From the NCBI GenBank assembly GCA_010909165.1, contig VJWM01000226.1:231605-295604 (forward strand): a stretch of DNA of 64,000 bases, written 5' to 3'. A program made the translations under genes and the position numbers. Of the stretch, positions 45,114 to 59,000 are shown piece after piece. The stretch is from Anthoceros angustus. Taxonomy: Eukaryota > Plantae > Anthocerotophyta. Under the pieces are notes generated by a model. That model saw only the letters and a list, made by a program, of their open reading frames with translations. It did no database searches and was not told where the DNA came from. How positions within the stretch are numbered: the stretch's first letter is position 1; every line of letters starts with the position of its first letter.

Positions 45114-48100
45114 GGGCGTGAGTTCTAAACAAGGGTCACGTGAAAAGCTATGCCCTAGGCTCACCAACTGCTCACGTGGCTTTAGGTCAACTTTCAAAAT
45201 TGTGAAAGCCAAAACTTCACCAAACCTTCATTTCAAAAGAACACCAATCAATCGTGTCCATAAGACATCTCCTTACCATGGTCAAAAGGGTAGAACCTAA
45301 AGCCAAGCACTAGGAGGTGCGGACTCGCCTTTCGTGATCTAGTGCGCCCCTAGAAAGCTAGGTCCACACCGCAGATTGATTGCTCTCAATAACGGAGCAA
45401 GCGAACTCTGCAAGCAAGGTACGACCACACGGGACATCTTGAAGTCTCTAGCAGAAAATTACATCTTGAGTGTCCTCATGGGCGTACATGGGATGAAGAA
45501 GCCTGGTCACCTAAGCAACATCAGATGTCCGGTATGAGCCAACATGTCCAGCATCGCTCAATATGCTAATAGGCCTGTGGTCAAACAGTTTCGTAAGGCA
45601 AGCAGACATCACATCACACACTCCTAAAATGACCAGTGATGTACCGCTTGCCTCCTCGAAGGCTCAAGTGTCTCTACTAGAAAAGGCACCCTATGTTGAT
45701 GGATGTTGCAATTTTTGTTACACTTCCACATTGCAACATGTTTTGGAGGGTTGGTATTAAGTTTGTTAGTTCTGCTTTGTGTATCTTAACACGAACTCGA
45801 CACTATCTCTTCCCCTCCCCTTCCGGGTACACCTCTCTCACAAGCATTGTTAATAATTTCCCACTTCCAACTTCCGATGGTTTGATGGCTTGGTGTTAAG
45901 TTGGTCCATTCTTTCTCTTCCTTCTCCCACCATCCTAACACAATGCTTGGTCTCTCACTTCATGTACCACTTCAATATTGCAACACTTTATGGTGGCTTG
46001 GTGTTCAAGGTGTCCTTTTCTTATCCGACTTCTCACCCCATCTTAACACAATACTTGGTCTCTCTCCTCTCCTCACCCTCCTATTTATTGCCCCTTATCA
46101 CACCCTTTTATACTCTTTCACTTCTCCTCCTCCTTCATGACCGTGAGAGAAGGACCTCCCCTATCACCATTTTATACTCTTCCACTATTCCTCTTTCAAC
46201 TTGCTTGTTACAATGACCTCTCTCTGCCCAGGGGGGCTGTCCTTCCCTTCCCTTTTTACCTCCTTTGCATATACTCAATATACATATATATGTTTGTAGG
46301 CTTCAAGACATAAGTATGTGTACGTTTATATGTACACATCCATCTGTTATACTTCTATTATATTAGTGTATTTACAGGCCTATTTGTATACGTATATACG
46401 TACGTATATAGGCATCAAGACTTGTTTATATAATAATATATGTGCTAACCCTTACGTCACTCTCATACCTTACATATCTAAGTGTTTGATTTTATTGACA
46501 ATTTAAATCAAATTTTTGGACACTTCAATCGTCCTCTATCCCTTGCCTTTGTTTCCACCGATGCAATACGAACTCCACGTGATATGGGCATATGTCGCGT
46601 GCACCACCAACATGTGCCTCGAATCAAGCGACGCGGCGTCACTTGGTGACTCTTGGACCAACACCAATGGTTTGTGGTTCCTCCACATCTTCCTACACCT
46701 ATCCAACCTCTATAACCACTTTCACAACAGCTATGTGTCAATGCGGCTACAAAGGTGGACCAATTCCCTCTTGTTTGTTGCTAATTGACCATCACCGGTC
46801 CACCCATGCACCGGCGACTCCATCGTCCGAGAAAACATCTCGACCATTTACATTCCCCTCCACAAACGGCCCCCTACCCATAGGCGGTACCAACCATTCC
46901 TATGTCACTTGCGCCTACACCCCTTCGCCACCGTCCGACTACTCCTCTTGCGGCTTCAACACCGTTGTCTTTTGCTTGACCCTCTTCGCTCGACCTCCTC
47001 GTTTCCCCGGTGTGGTCCACCGTGGCGGCATTCGACCCACTAGCCTCAATGGCTAGCCCTTCACTCGGCCCCATAGGCTGCCAAATCACCACTTCCACAA
47101 TTACAGAGGCAAGCGAATAGCATTCAATCTCTCGCGGGTTGCCACCCTACTCACGCTTTTTGACACGGATCGTGTGATACGCCTTGTCGGTGGCACTGCC
47201 ATCACACCTCCAGGATCCCCACCATCCATGTTGCCTCCGGCATCACTTGACGGTGACGCTCCCTTGACGGTGACACCTTCCCTCCATCTTCCTTCTCTCC
47301 ACTGGTTTCTGTGCCTTCCTTCCCGACCTGGCCTTCACCTTCCACCGTTTTCCTTCCCTTCTTCCTTCATGCACACATCACTTACTCACGTCCTACATAG
47401 CGAAACCTACATATCACAACCAAGCATTCCATTAACCGTCAACGACTATTTTACCACTCGATCGGATGTCTCCAATCCATGCCTTGCTGCCCACTTCAAC
47501 TCATCCGGTTGCGCTCCCCCGTTGGACATACCGTTTCTCGAACTCCTTTGCTCCAAAAAGGGATTCGTCCCATGCTCGTGCTTCGCAATTCTTGCGACGC
47601 GCCTTCGTGGTGTTGGCCACACACCCCATGCTTGCAGCGTCACCACGGCTTTGCCTTTCTCCATGCCTCGTGCTCACATTAGGCGGATGCAACCATTTTG
47701 CATCCTTCCCTTCTCCTCCACGAATGCGACTTGCGCACCTTCTTGCCCACATTGTGGTTCCTTGTCCGCGATGCACCGCAAACGGCCACAATATCCTCGC
47801 GCTCTATACTTGCAAACTCATACTCTACCTTCCTCACCGTCTTTCTCAAACTTTCGTCGTGGCTCGACCATGGCACCATCACTCCATTTTGCACACACTA
47901 GCTCCAACACACCGGTGGAAGGCCTTCCTCACTCGTCCTTCCTCATCGGACGACTCTTCATCCTCCTCCTCATTCTCTATCCACCCTCCATCGCATAACT
48001 CAGCCCATGTACACGCCACCACGCCCATGTAGCTGCACAACACGGCTATGACATCGCCTAATGGCTTACCGGCCAGTGCTCCGTCAATTCTCCAATTTCA

Positions 48101-49949
48101 TGTCTGGCAATGTAGTCGGCATGTCTTCCTCGACCTCGATCCGCCATCTCCACATCTTCCTCCTCGCCCCGCTCTCCCCATCCTCGCCACTGGTGTCCTC
48201 CTCCTCACCGCCCTCCTCACCATCATAGGCATGCGCTCCTTGGCCCTCCTCCGCAACGCGCCCACCAGACCGCTCCACTCCCAGCAGAGTCTCCTCCTCA
48301 AAGGCTCCCTCCCCACGTTGGGGTTGTCCGTCCACCGGCGAAGGTCCACAAACGTATGCCATCTCTCGGCAGCCCACGGGTCACCCTCTTGTGCACCACC
48401 ACCATGCTCCTCAAGTTGGACATGCCCTCAAGCTCCAGACTAAGGCCAATGTCCTCGTTCCTCCGGATGTCGCCGCCTGGCATCCTCCTCGACTTTGGAA
48501 TCTCTCCTGCAGAGCATGTAGCGTTAGCTCCCCACCTTGGAGACACCCACTCCACTTCCGCCGAGCATCGCCTCTTGCAGACTCCACTCTGATGAAGGTT
48601 CTCCCACCTCCTCCACCGCCGCCCCGCTCCACGCCATGGGCATCCACCCTCTCCACTTGTGGAATCGGCTTTCTCCACGACCGCCCACCTCACTTGCCGC
48701 TTCCACCATCCGGCGCGTGCTTCCATCCACGTTGCCTGGCCTCCGCCAAGTCCCTTGTGGACCATTTTCCGGCTTCCTCTCCTCTCGGCAGGCGCAAGCC
48801 TGTCGATGGGCCCCCAACTCCTCCTTCCGGCCGTTATAGCAGGACATCCGCGGCCGGATCGTTGTTCGGGCTTAAGCCACCAAATCCTCAAAGTCAACGT
48901 CCCAAACCATGGTCGAGGAAGGCCAACCGAGTCACTGCATGCACAACGATAACCGCGACAAAGTGAGCAGGAACTCCGGTGAATGGCGATGGCCAAGGCG
49001 GTGAGGTAACCTGGATGGGGAAGAGGGGCAAGAGGAGAAGAGGAGGCGAGGCGCAAGTCCTAGGGCATGCCACCGGCTCATGTGCCATGCATGCCGATTT
49101 CCGGGCACAAACTCGGAGTTTGCGCCCACCACCTATATGTGTACATGTGGCATTCACATGCCTAAAACACCGCAGCGCAACCCGGCGATTGTCCACCACA
49201 CCATGCACATATGGCATCCATGCATGTTTGGCATATATAGGCATCCGTGTTTATATTGTCCATCCAAGGACAAATTTAGCCCATTATGGATTACCATATC
49301 TCGCATCGAAGGAAAATAATTTCCCTTTGCTCATGCATTTCGTGGTCCAAGGACAAAACATTCCCGTTATGTATGGTCATTTCGTGACCCAAGGACAAAT
49401 GTTCCTCATTTGTCATGACCATGCCTTGGCCTCGTCAATTTTGGCCATTCGGATGACCATTTCGAAAGCCAAGGACAAATGTTTCCCATTATGGAAGATC
49501 ATTTTCGATCGACGGACATAATTTGCCATTGTTCATTACCGCTATGCGTGGTCCAAGGACAATACATTCCCATCATGCATGATCACTTCGTGACCCAAGG
49601 ACAAATGTTCCTCATTCGTCATGACCATGTCTTTGCCTCATGTCAATTTTGGCCATTACGGATGACCATTTGGAGAGCCAGACGAATTTGCCCTTTGTGA
49701 CAAGGACAAAATGCCATTTCGTCTGGTAATGCCCACGATGTGGCATGCCATTTCAAGGGCAAGACCAGCTTAGAACGCCATGCTCCACGGACCATGCATG
49801 TGTTAATTTGCTATTTTTATGCTTTGCTGCTCGCATACCACATTGCCTACCGATCCAGGATGCGGCGATGTCCGCGACCACATTCCGTGGAGCCTGGTGA
49901 CGATGACGGTGGCCATGGTGTGTGGGGAGTGGTGGTGCGGCGTGCGGCG

Positions 49950-50435
49950 GTGGGGAGGGAGGAAAGAGGAGAGAGGAGGAGACTTCGTGGCGCTATGCCA
50001 CCGCAACCTTACCATTCCTCCATGCATGCCATGTATGGTCCCTATGTTGAAGGCCATGACAATGTCATGGCCTTGACAACTGCCATGAACCAAAGACAAT
50101 GGCTCCCTATCTCTCGCATAAACTTGTCTTCTCCACGTTGTCCAAGAAAGGTGTGGTGAAGCCATTTTAATATTTGAAAAGCCGTGGCATGGTAGAAAAC
50201 ATGCCATGTCGTGTCGAGGTGATTTGACCGCCTTCATTTTCGATCCGCTTCTTCTACACCATTGTGCAAGGACGGTGGCACGTGAGAGCCATTCAAGCAA
50301 ACTAAATGCCCCATTCATTATGCCATGAATGAAGGACCGTATGTGAATTTGCCATATATATGCCAATTCGCGTTCTCCCATATAATGATGTGCATCGCTC
50401 GAGACTCCTGCCAGTCCACCAATCAAACGCGTCAC
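49950..50435 (-). pseudogene. Possible Ulp1/C48-like protease remnant carried by the CACTA element
   Basis: SFIHGIMNGAFSLLEW (possible His-box region) and, in another frame, REIGSHCLWFM (possible Cys region). Ulp1-like ORFs are known CACTA cargo. Motif match is weak. Confidence 0.3.
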
Positions 50436-53299
50436 ATGGCGTAACGTGTCATGTATTCACACCGCAGACGCCATGTGACGGCTCGACACACCGCGCCGCA
50501 CTGCCGCAAAGGATATCCGGACCTTGGGAGACATGACATCTACCTTCGTGTTCCGCGCTCGCTCCCCCGGCGCCACCGCCCTCCATGAATTTACCGCCAA
50601 CCGTCATCGCTCGATGACGGCCGCCATGCCACCGCCATGTCTCCTTTCTCACATGTAAGGAACGGCTGAAATTCAAGATCCTCTCATCCGCAACCCGATG
50701 TGGCACGGAGGACAAGAGGCTGCCTAAGGTCGTGTGTTCCGCTTTAAATGTCACCACCTTGCCCTCGCTTCACGCTACTACCTTTGTTTTGGTCATCTGC
50801 ATCCGAGGCGAGCTTGTCTTCCAGTGGAAACACGCCTCCCCCGCTTACCTTGTGCCGTCTATGACGGACACATGTGCAAGTATGCCGCAACGAGCTCCGT
50901 AAACCACCGTGGGTATCCAGGTAGCTCGCAGACGAGGCGTGTGTGCATGTCTCCATCTTCACCGCCTAACGGAACATGGCGATGGCCATCAAGGATCATA
51001 TGGGAATGTTAGCGCGGTGCCCCCGCCTTCACGTGGAGTCCTCCTCTTGCTATCCTCACGGCGTCTTGCCGGTGGCGAGTGGTTCCTTCTCTAGCGAGGT
51101 GGTCCCTTCTACTGCGGGCATGGTGTTCGTGACCGCACACGGTATGGATTGCTCCGGGCGCCGCATGTGAACACTTTTGTTTGGCCCTTTTCTCCAACCG
51201 CAAGTTCATGCCTCGTGCGGAAGGTGTTGTGGAATCCGCATTTGACGAACCCGCAACATTCCGCTCTCACCTCGCCGATCATTGCGAAGTGTTTGCACAT
51301 CGTTGTTGCGTGCTGGAAACCGACGATGCCATCAAGGACGAGGGTCAGCCTCGTCAATGACGATGGCCATCAAGGATGATGGACGGAGGTTGCTCTCCTC
51401 CGGCCATCAAGGACCGTATGGAGTGCCCGCCTTGCTCTTGCCGCCTCGATCACGGCAGGTCGTGACTGGTTTATACCTCACAATGGGGTATATGATTACC
51501 GTAATTAAACTGGGATGGGAAAGTCCTTCTTCTTTGATCACGTGTACGCGCCGTCACCCAATAAAACTCGATGACCGTCTGCTGGCGGAATGGATGGGTA
51601 TGGTTTGGTGCTCATACCGTTGAGACATGACAAGTCACTTGCGCACGTCCCTTCCGAGTCACGCGTAATAAACAAAGTATGGTGATTGGTGCTATAGCTC
51701 TTTGCCTTCTCCTCCTAGATGCACAAGGCATTCTCTAGATTCCGTCCATTGCATACCTCGATGGAGAGAATTGGCGATCACGCGCAAGCCTCGGAAGTTG
51801 AAGGCGAGAGAGATTGAGAGAGAAGGGTAAGGCATGTACACGCCACCCTCCCGAGGGACCGATCCGCCCCGGTGATGAAGGGCAAGAGGAAAGTGGAGGA
51901 GCAATCGGGCGGCGACGGCATCCGGGCGCTGACGGAGTGCCAGCCCAAGCCACATTTCCTCCATGGGAAGAAGAGGCGAACCGCATTCGAGCTACAATTT
52001 CGCAGAGGCCACGATCCAAGGAGGAGGTTCTGCAGAAATTGAGTCGCCTGCTCGGATAGAACAACCGCCGATGTGGGGCTTCACCGCCACCGTGGCTCAA
52101 GCTACACTTCTGTGAATGGAATTGGGATCGTTGACGAGACAAAGATGGAACGCACTCGGCACCGGGTTCGTGCCCTTTCACAGAATGGCGACGCAACATG
52201 GAGTCAGACAGAGACTTTGAGACAATGAGCTCAACACTATTCCTTGTAGACGAAGTGGACATGAAGGAGGTTGTTTACACCAAGGGGAAGGCGCCTCCCG
52301 AACGCTTTGTTCTGTGCTTGCAAGCTTAGGATCAAGGCCGTTGTCGAACTTTGCGATTGTGTGTAATCAACTTTAAATCAAAACACGCATCCCCAAATGC
52401 AATGATGACACGTGTCAACCATCTCCGACCGCTGGTGCCACCAGCTAGCCACAAGCACATCCTCCCTTTCCATTGCGTGTCACCACACTACGCCCAATCT
52501 CCGCCCGCCGGAAGAGTCGGCTAACAGCCAAGGGCTTCCACCGCCAGCGTATCGCCGCGAACATTGCGTGCATCCGGGCGGTTTCGCCAACCGTGCTCTC
52601 GCCTACCGAGTTGGGATTGGAAGACGGTGGTGGCTCCTCGCGCTTGCTCATGTCCGAGGCGAGGTTCTTGTCACCCCAGATGCCGTCTCGATGCGCATCG
52701 CCGCGTAGCTTTGCCCCGATCGTCGGCCGACTTACCCGCCGATGGGTCATCACGGACGGCGGATCTCCATAAGCGACGCGCTCCCCATGGTTTCGCAAGC
52801 ACGCTCCAGTCCTACGTGTCGTCTCGTGTTTATGGGTCATGAAGTCATGATTGCACACTGGGGGACGGGCTCGGATAACGGATGTACCACTTTGTCAGGC
52901 TGCGTGGTTGCCGTCACCGATCACGACTCGGGAGGATGCCACGAAATGCGATGCGGTGTACATGTATTGTCCCCGCCGCCATCAGGTCGAGCTGTCTCGA
53001 TTCAAGACACATTTCAAGAATTCACGTCCACCGCCCAGTGCACGCTGTGGCCGTGAGTTCTCTCGCATCAATGGCCAGCAAATGCACTCCAATTCTAGCT
53101 TTAAGGTGGCTTTTTGCGGGCGAGACACGACGCATAGAAGAGCGCGCCGTCTTGACGGGCCTCCACCCCGCACCGGACACGCACGGCTCGGATGGGTCGG
53201 GGAACGAGCGGTGGCCATCCTACCGACCACACTAGTAGTTCCGACGACGAAAGTATGGATGAGGGTTCGAGGTGATGATATGCCCGGCGCATGGACGAA

Positions 53300-56000
53300 G
53301 GTCGGAAGCCACGGATGTTGCAAAGGCGGCAGGATGGAGTCCAGGGCACCGCTGGGCGAAACGTTATACCACATTGAAGAGGAAGTCCAATCGAAAGAAA
53401 GAAGCGCAACATGTTGTTGCCTTGGCAAACGATGTATGACATCGCCGCGTGACACTTTTAAAGCTCTTAAGTGTGGATATTTTGCCCCGAACAAGCCGGA
53501 AGGACATGTACGAGGCAAAGTCGTTGTTGCACATGTTTGGGCCAAGATACGTGAAAATCCATGCTTGTGAAAAGATTGTATTCTATTCGTGGGGTGAGTA
53601 CGCGGCAGGCCCATTGCCCTCGCAGTGGCACGCGGTACAAGGAAGGGTTTGATGAGAGCCCCTCGAAGGTCCTCGGCATTTCCTCTAAGACGCGATTGAA
53701 ACGCATGTTCGAATGCCGAAATAGCATGATGATGACTTGGTACGTCGGGCAAAGCGAGAATGGGGACATGTCCATGATGGCGTACACCCCAACATGGAGA
53801 GTATTTGATGCGCTTGAAGGGTTCGGGATGAACCTCGCAACTTGAGGTTGGCATTATGCATGACGGCTTCAACCCCTTTGGTCACAGTGTCCGCAACACG
53901 TCCATATGGCCGCTTATGCTATTCGCTCACAACATGCCTCCTGGCTTGCACAAAGGACGCCCATGTCATCATGCCTCTCATGTGACCGGGCATGGTAAAA
54001 ATTTTGATGTTTATATGGTAGAAGAACCGGAAGAGTTGTGAGAGGTGGACATGGAAGACTTTTCAATACCGTGAACGATCCTAGGAGGCATTTTAGGTGC
54101 AACAGCTGAACGTCATTGCCGACTACCTGTGGTTGGGCACCGACCGGATTGCAAGTGAAAGGGACCCGGCGTGTGTGGATTGCTGGCCGGACCCGGATTC
54201 TCATCAATTAAAAAGGTTTATGTTGGCAGAGGTGGTTGCCCAAGGCGATAGCGACGGTGGAAGACATGGATCGCACGATGGATGGGCGAACTCCGCCCCC
54301 ACCGTGCCACCAACGCTTGATGATGTGGTGAGATATGGTACGCAGAGAAGGTGCGCCACCACCGAGATCCGCAGGAAATTTTGGAACGCGATGTCTTCTG
54401 CTTAGGGTGCTCCCATATTGGCGCCACCTTCTTGTGATGGCGCCAAAGGATGTCATGCACGTGGAAAAGAACAATGCAGAGGCCATATGGCACACTTTGA
54501 CGGGCGAGCGAGACCTAGCATCAAGGATGGACATGGAAGCCAATGGAGGGAAAAGGTGGTTGTGGCTTGTAGGAGAGGATCGCCATTGCCCCGAGGCGCC
54601 TTACGCTTTGGCGAAAGACGACCTCCGCCAAGTCATAGAGAATTAAACGCAAAGCGCCCACGTGCTATGGGTCTAACATAGGAGCGAAATTAGAGGGGGC
54701 AAAGTGGGCATTGAAGTGCCATGATGCACATCATGCTGGAAATCATCTTCCCATCGTCCTTCGGGGTGCATAGACCCGAGGTGTACAAGGCGGTTGTGAA
54801 ATTGGGTCGATCAGACAGATGGATTTGCCAATGGACAATACCGCCATGAAATTCAAGCACAACGAGAAGAGGTCGGGTGATGTGCTCGAAAAGCAATTCC
54901 TCCAAAGGTCTTTGATATATCAACCCACCTCATAATACATTTAGTGGACGAGGTGGTCGATTGGCCCAGGCACACTGGTGGATGTACCCGTGGAGAGATA
55001 CTTAGGATCCAGTGACGGCCAAATACACAAACCAGAGAGTCCAGATAGCTGGGGTATAAGGAGAGAGAGGAGAGTATGCATTTTCATTCCTGCTACTATG
55101 GTCACGCTTGGATCATGGAGTCCCGAGGACCGTGGGGAGAAAAGTGTGGGTCGTCTGCATACACAATGGATGCCGCTGAGGTGCGCCAGCCCATACTTAT
55201 GTGCTGTATCACACGAAGGTGATGCAGCCGCTTTTGGACATGTACGAAGAGGTGAGGATGTACGGTGCACATGAGGAACGACGAAGTTTCAAGAGGTGGG
55301 TGCATGTAAGAAGGGGTGAGCGCTGGGAGGGGCATCCTGCTATGACCCACGAAGTGAGGGCTATAATGGATGGCCTGCTGCAAGCACCGCACATAGTCAC
55401 ATGTGGAACAAAGGCCACCTCGTATCAATGGAGGCATAAACGGCGGAGCACAAAAGATAGTGCAGTAAAGTTTATCATGGGTGGGACAGGCCGGGAGCTC
55501 AAGAGGAGCGCCTTCACGGCCACATAGAGCAACATCATGGATGCGCTCGGAGGAGTATAATCCAGCTTGAAGGTTGATGGTACGAGTGTCGGCCAGAGGG
55601 ACAAGGCCATCGCAAGTCGATAATCGGGTTTGACCTTGTGAATACCGAGAAGGTTTCGGTATGGTGCACTCCATCGATGGTCCATTTGTGTGGCCATCGC
55701 AGTAACTCAAGGCATGATGCATCCGGAGATGGGATGGAAACAGGGTGGGCTTGGCCGTTTACTCCGGCGAGGGATGGAGAGAGAGGAACCCATGCGCTAC
55801 CGGGCACATAGATTGTGGCATGTCGCTTGAGTAGAACTGGATGGGGCAAAACCAGATGCCAAGTGGGCATTAAAGTATTTCCAAACAAACAAGCACGATC
55901 CAATGGCGGAATGTGCCAATACCCAAGTGACGTGGGAATGGTCGAGGAAGTCGATGATTATCGGTAAAATGGAGTAATGGGGCATTGAGAGCGCGCCATT
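53300..56000 (+). pseudogene. CACTA TnpD-like transposase (Transposase_21/DUF4218-type motifs), frameshifted
   Basis: IHAC..C..F, CP..GTRYK...P.KVL, W..FDA...F, DGFNPFGHS...SIWPLML..HNMPP, DVMHVEKNNAEAI..TL, K.HDAHIMLE, GP.....PVERYLG. Boundaries approximate. Confidence 0.85.
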
Positions 56001-59000
56001 TGGGCAATATCATACATCACGAGTACACGAACCAATGGGACATGAAAATTGCTCCACAAGTCCGAGGTTGTGGTCGAAAATGTTGTGATTATGGGCAAGT
56101 AGCAAGTGCGTACACCTGGTCCCGCCGATAGCGAATGACCACCGCCGGCCTTTGCAAACAAGCTTTTTCAAAATGGTGCCTTGAATGCGCATACCGGACT
56201 CATGGCTCGCGCCGCCGCCCGAGAGGGAAGCCATTGCCTCAAAGATGGAACAAGGCGGTGGACAACCGTTCACAGGAGAGTATGGCCGAGGCTGAGTCGC
56301 AAAGGCGCGAACCGCGGCTGGACGGGCCGACGACGATGGACCGACCGGGTGGGGAGGATGGGGCAACCGGCCTCGGTCGCCATCCCCGCACCCACCGCGG
56401 TCTTCATTCGACATCGCGACCAAGAAGCGCCTCATCAAGACGGCCCAGGTTAAGAGGCGAGGCGAGATGGTCACGAACAGGAGTTGATTTTGACGACGCC
56501 GAGATCTGGAACCTCCCACGACGGATGCGGAGTTGGAGCATTGCGCAAGAATTGAACGACATAGAGGAGGAGCTATTTACGCTTGATGAGGTTGGTTGTC
56601 GATTTAACGGCAAGTGATGCAAAGTGTGCACACCAAGTGCACACTTTGCCGGCAAGTGACGCCGCAAAGTGTGCACACGCTCAAGTTTGGTGCCGGGTTA
56701 GTGGGCATGGTGGACAAACGGTAACACAGAGCACCGGCATGCCGGTGTTTAAGCATGGGGACAAGGGAGGCAACCTTCGAGGGTCGGGCGTGGCAATGAT
56801 TGCAAGAAGGGAAAGTGGAATCGGAAGGACAAGCCGGCAGAGGTATGGACAACCGACCGACGATGTGCACTTGATCTCGAATGGCGCAATCAATTTCGCA
56901 AGGGGTGGTGTTCTAACCCGCGGTGATGATGTGGTTGGATGTCACCGCGCGGTGAGTGCGGGACAACGATGCAATCGTTAAAGCCTTGATAAACAAGCAT
57001 GGGGTGAAATGGTCAAGGAGGCCATGCAAAACCACATGAAGGTGAGGGACTCATGTTGTTCGCGGGTGAGCGGGCAAGGCACGCAGAATCGCTGGTACCG
57101 GTGAGGACGAAGGTTGTGAATGAACTGCACCGCAAGATGGCGGGACGTTCAAAGAAGAGAAAGCACGTAGTGAAACTGTTCAAGCATTCCTGCACCGTGG
57201 TCAAGTCCAAGATAAGCCGACACTTCGCAGATGACGCGACACGCACTCGATGTGGAAGTGCGGCAGGGCGCTAGAGGAAATGGTAGAGGGGAGGACATGG
57301 GAAGAAACCGAGCATGGTGGATGACGAAGAGTGGGAAGATGCACTTGCATGGGCTCGGATGGAGTTGAAGAGGAACGGGAAGTTTGAGCCATCAAGTACG
57401 AAATCGCAGAAAAGAGAGGCTAGCCAAAACGGGGATGGGTCCAAACCCATGGGGAAAGGGAGGGCGGCTGGTGGTGAGGTTTGAGAATCAAGATGGGCGG
57501 TTTCCAACGGAAGAAGAGGCAGTATGGGAGGTTGAAGAGGACGATTTCCATGCACTGTGGGCGGTCCGCGATAGTGGGGGTTCTGTCGAGTTCCTACAGG
57601 TAAGGCAGGAGTATGACAAGACACCGAGATTGTGCCATTGCAAGGAGAACAAGGAAATGACCATTTTGCTTAATGACATTGAATTGGAGATGGATCCTCG
57701 ATATGGTGGCCTTCCGAGGCGACGGAAGGAAGGGGTGGAGGCAGCAGCACGTGGTGGCGATGTGGACGTGAGAGGCTAGGAAGGAATGCATGGCACCAAG
57801 GGGCTTGGGGAGGAGGACAGGAGGCGGGGCACAACGTATTGGAAGGGGGCGACGATGAAACAAGAGTGAAGTGGAGACGGGCCACGCCACGAGGGCGCAA
57901 GGTGAGGGAGGCAGCAGAGGGGAAACGACCGACAAGATGGACGAAATTGGTGCCCGCGACACCACGATCGCCTGTGTTTGGTGGAAGCATGCCCGGAATG
58001 GTGTGATGGAGGCAGGCGACGAGGGTCACGTGGCAAAACTGGAGAAGAGGTGGAGGAGTGCCCGAGACCAAGGTGACGCCATGTATGGAGGTGGAGGCCG
58101 TTGGGATGATGGAATGACGACGCTGAATGGCGGAACAATGAGTGTGGAGGCGGAGTCGGGTGGTGGACCACGAGGGGCAACCGATCCGTCACTGTGAGGA
58201 AACACACTTGTGTGCACGTGGACCAAAAACGCAGGGGAGTAGGAGGAGCGGTGGGGACTGACAAGAAGGATCACCCAAAGAAGATCCATGCTCGTGGCCA
58301 AAAGGCCACTAGCATGAGGCGATCCGTGGGGAGAGAGAATGAAGGAGGTTCAAGAGGGCATCATGCGCGCCTTTGATATGGGCAAAGGTACGATGTGCGG
58401 GGGACAGACGGGGGGACGCTGCGATAACATGGACGATCCAAGAGGCAGTCAAGAGGACGATGTGCCTAATTTCGTGCTGACACATATCTTGCAGCCCGGC
58501 CGAGAGCATGGACCTACATAGTGGAGCCCCGCTGAGGCAACGCCACCGCGATAAAGGGTGGCGGGCGAAGAGGAAAAGAGGAGGAGGAGTAGAGGCGGCA
58601 GCGGTGGGCGAGTGACAAGGGCACGGCCGCGATACCGGAAGAAGGACGGACGAGGAAATGCCCACCAAGCGGCGTAAGATACGAGGAGGGACCGAGGAAG
58701 GTAAGGCAAATGGTCGCTATGGTGATTGGTACACCCATTAACGCTGGGTAACTCATGATGGCCATGTTGGTTGTATGTGCAACGTGTGCCAGGCGCGTGG
58801 AGGGAAGCGGTAGAAGTGGCAAAGCTTGCCTCACGAACGCAAGCGGAGGGAAGAAGAAAATTGGGAATCGAGCGGAGGCGGAAGTTTCGAGGTGCATACG
58901 ATGACGAGTAGGAAGTGCCTTACATGGAGGCGTAAAAGCATAAGCCGAGCATACCAAAACCTCCGCACAAAGACAAGATTGTAGGCATAACCTCACGTGA

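Noticed and set aside
46500-49060. Long ORFs (e.g. 47174-47998, 48298-49056) inside the CACTA element as real genes
   Set aside because: They are antisense or shifted readings of purine-rich degenerate sequence; no assignable domain.
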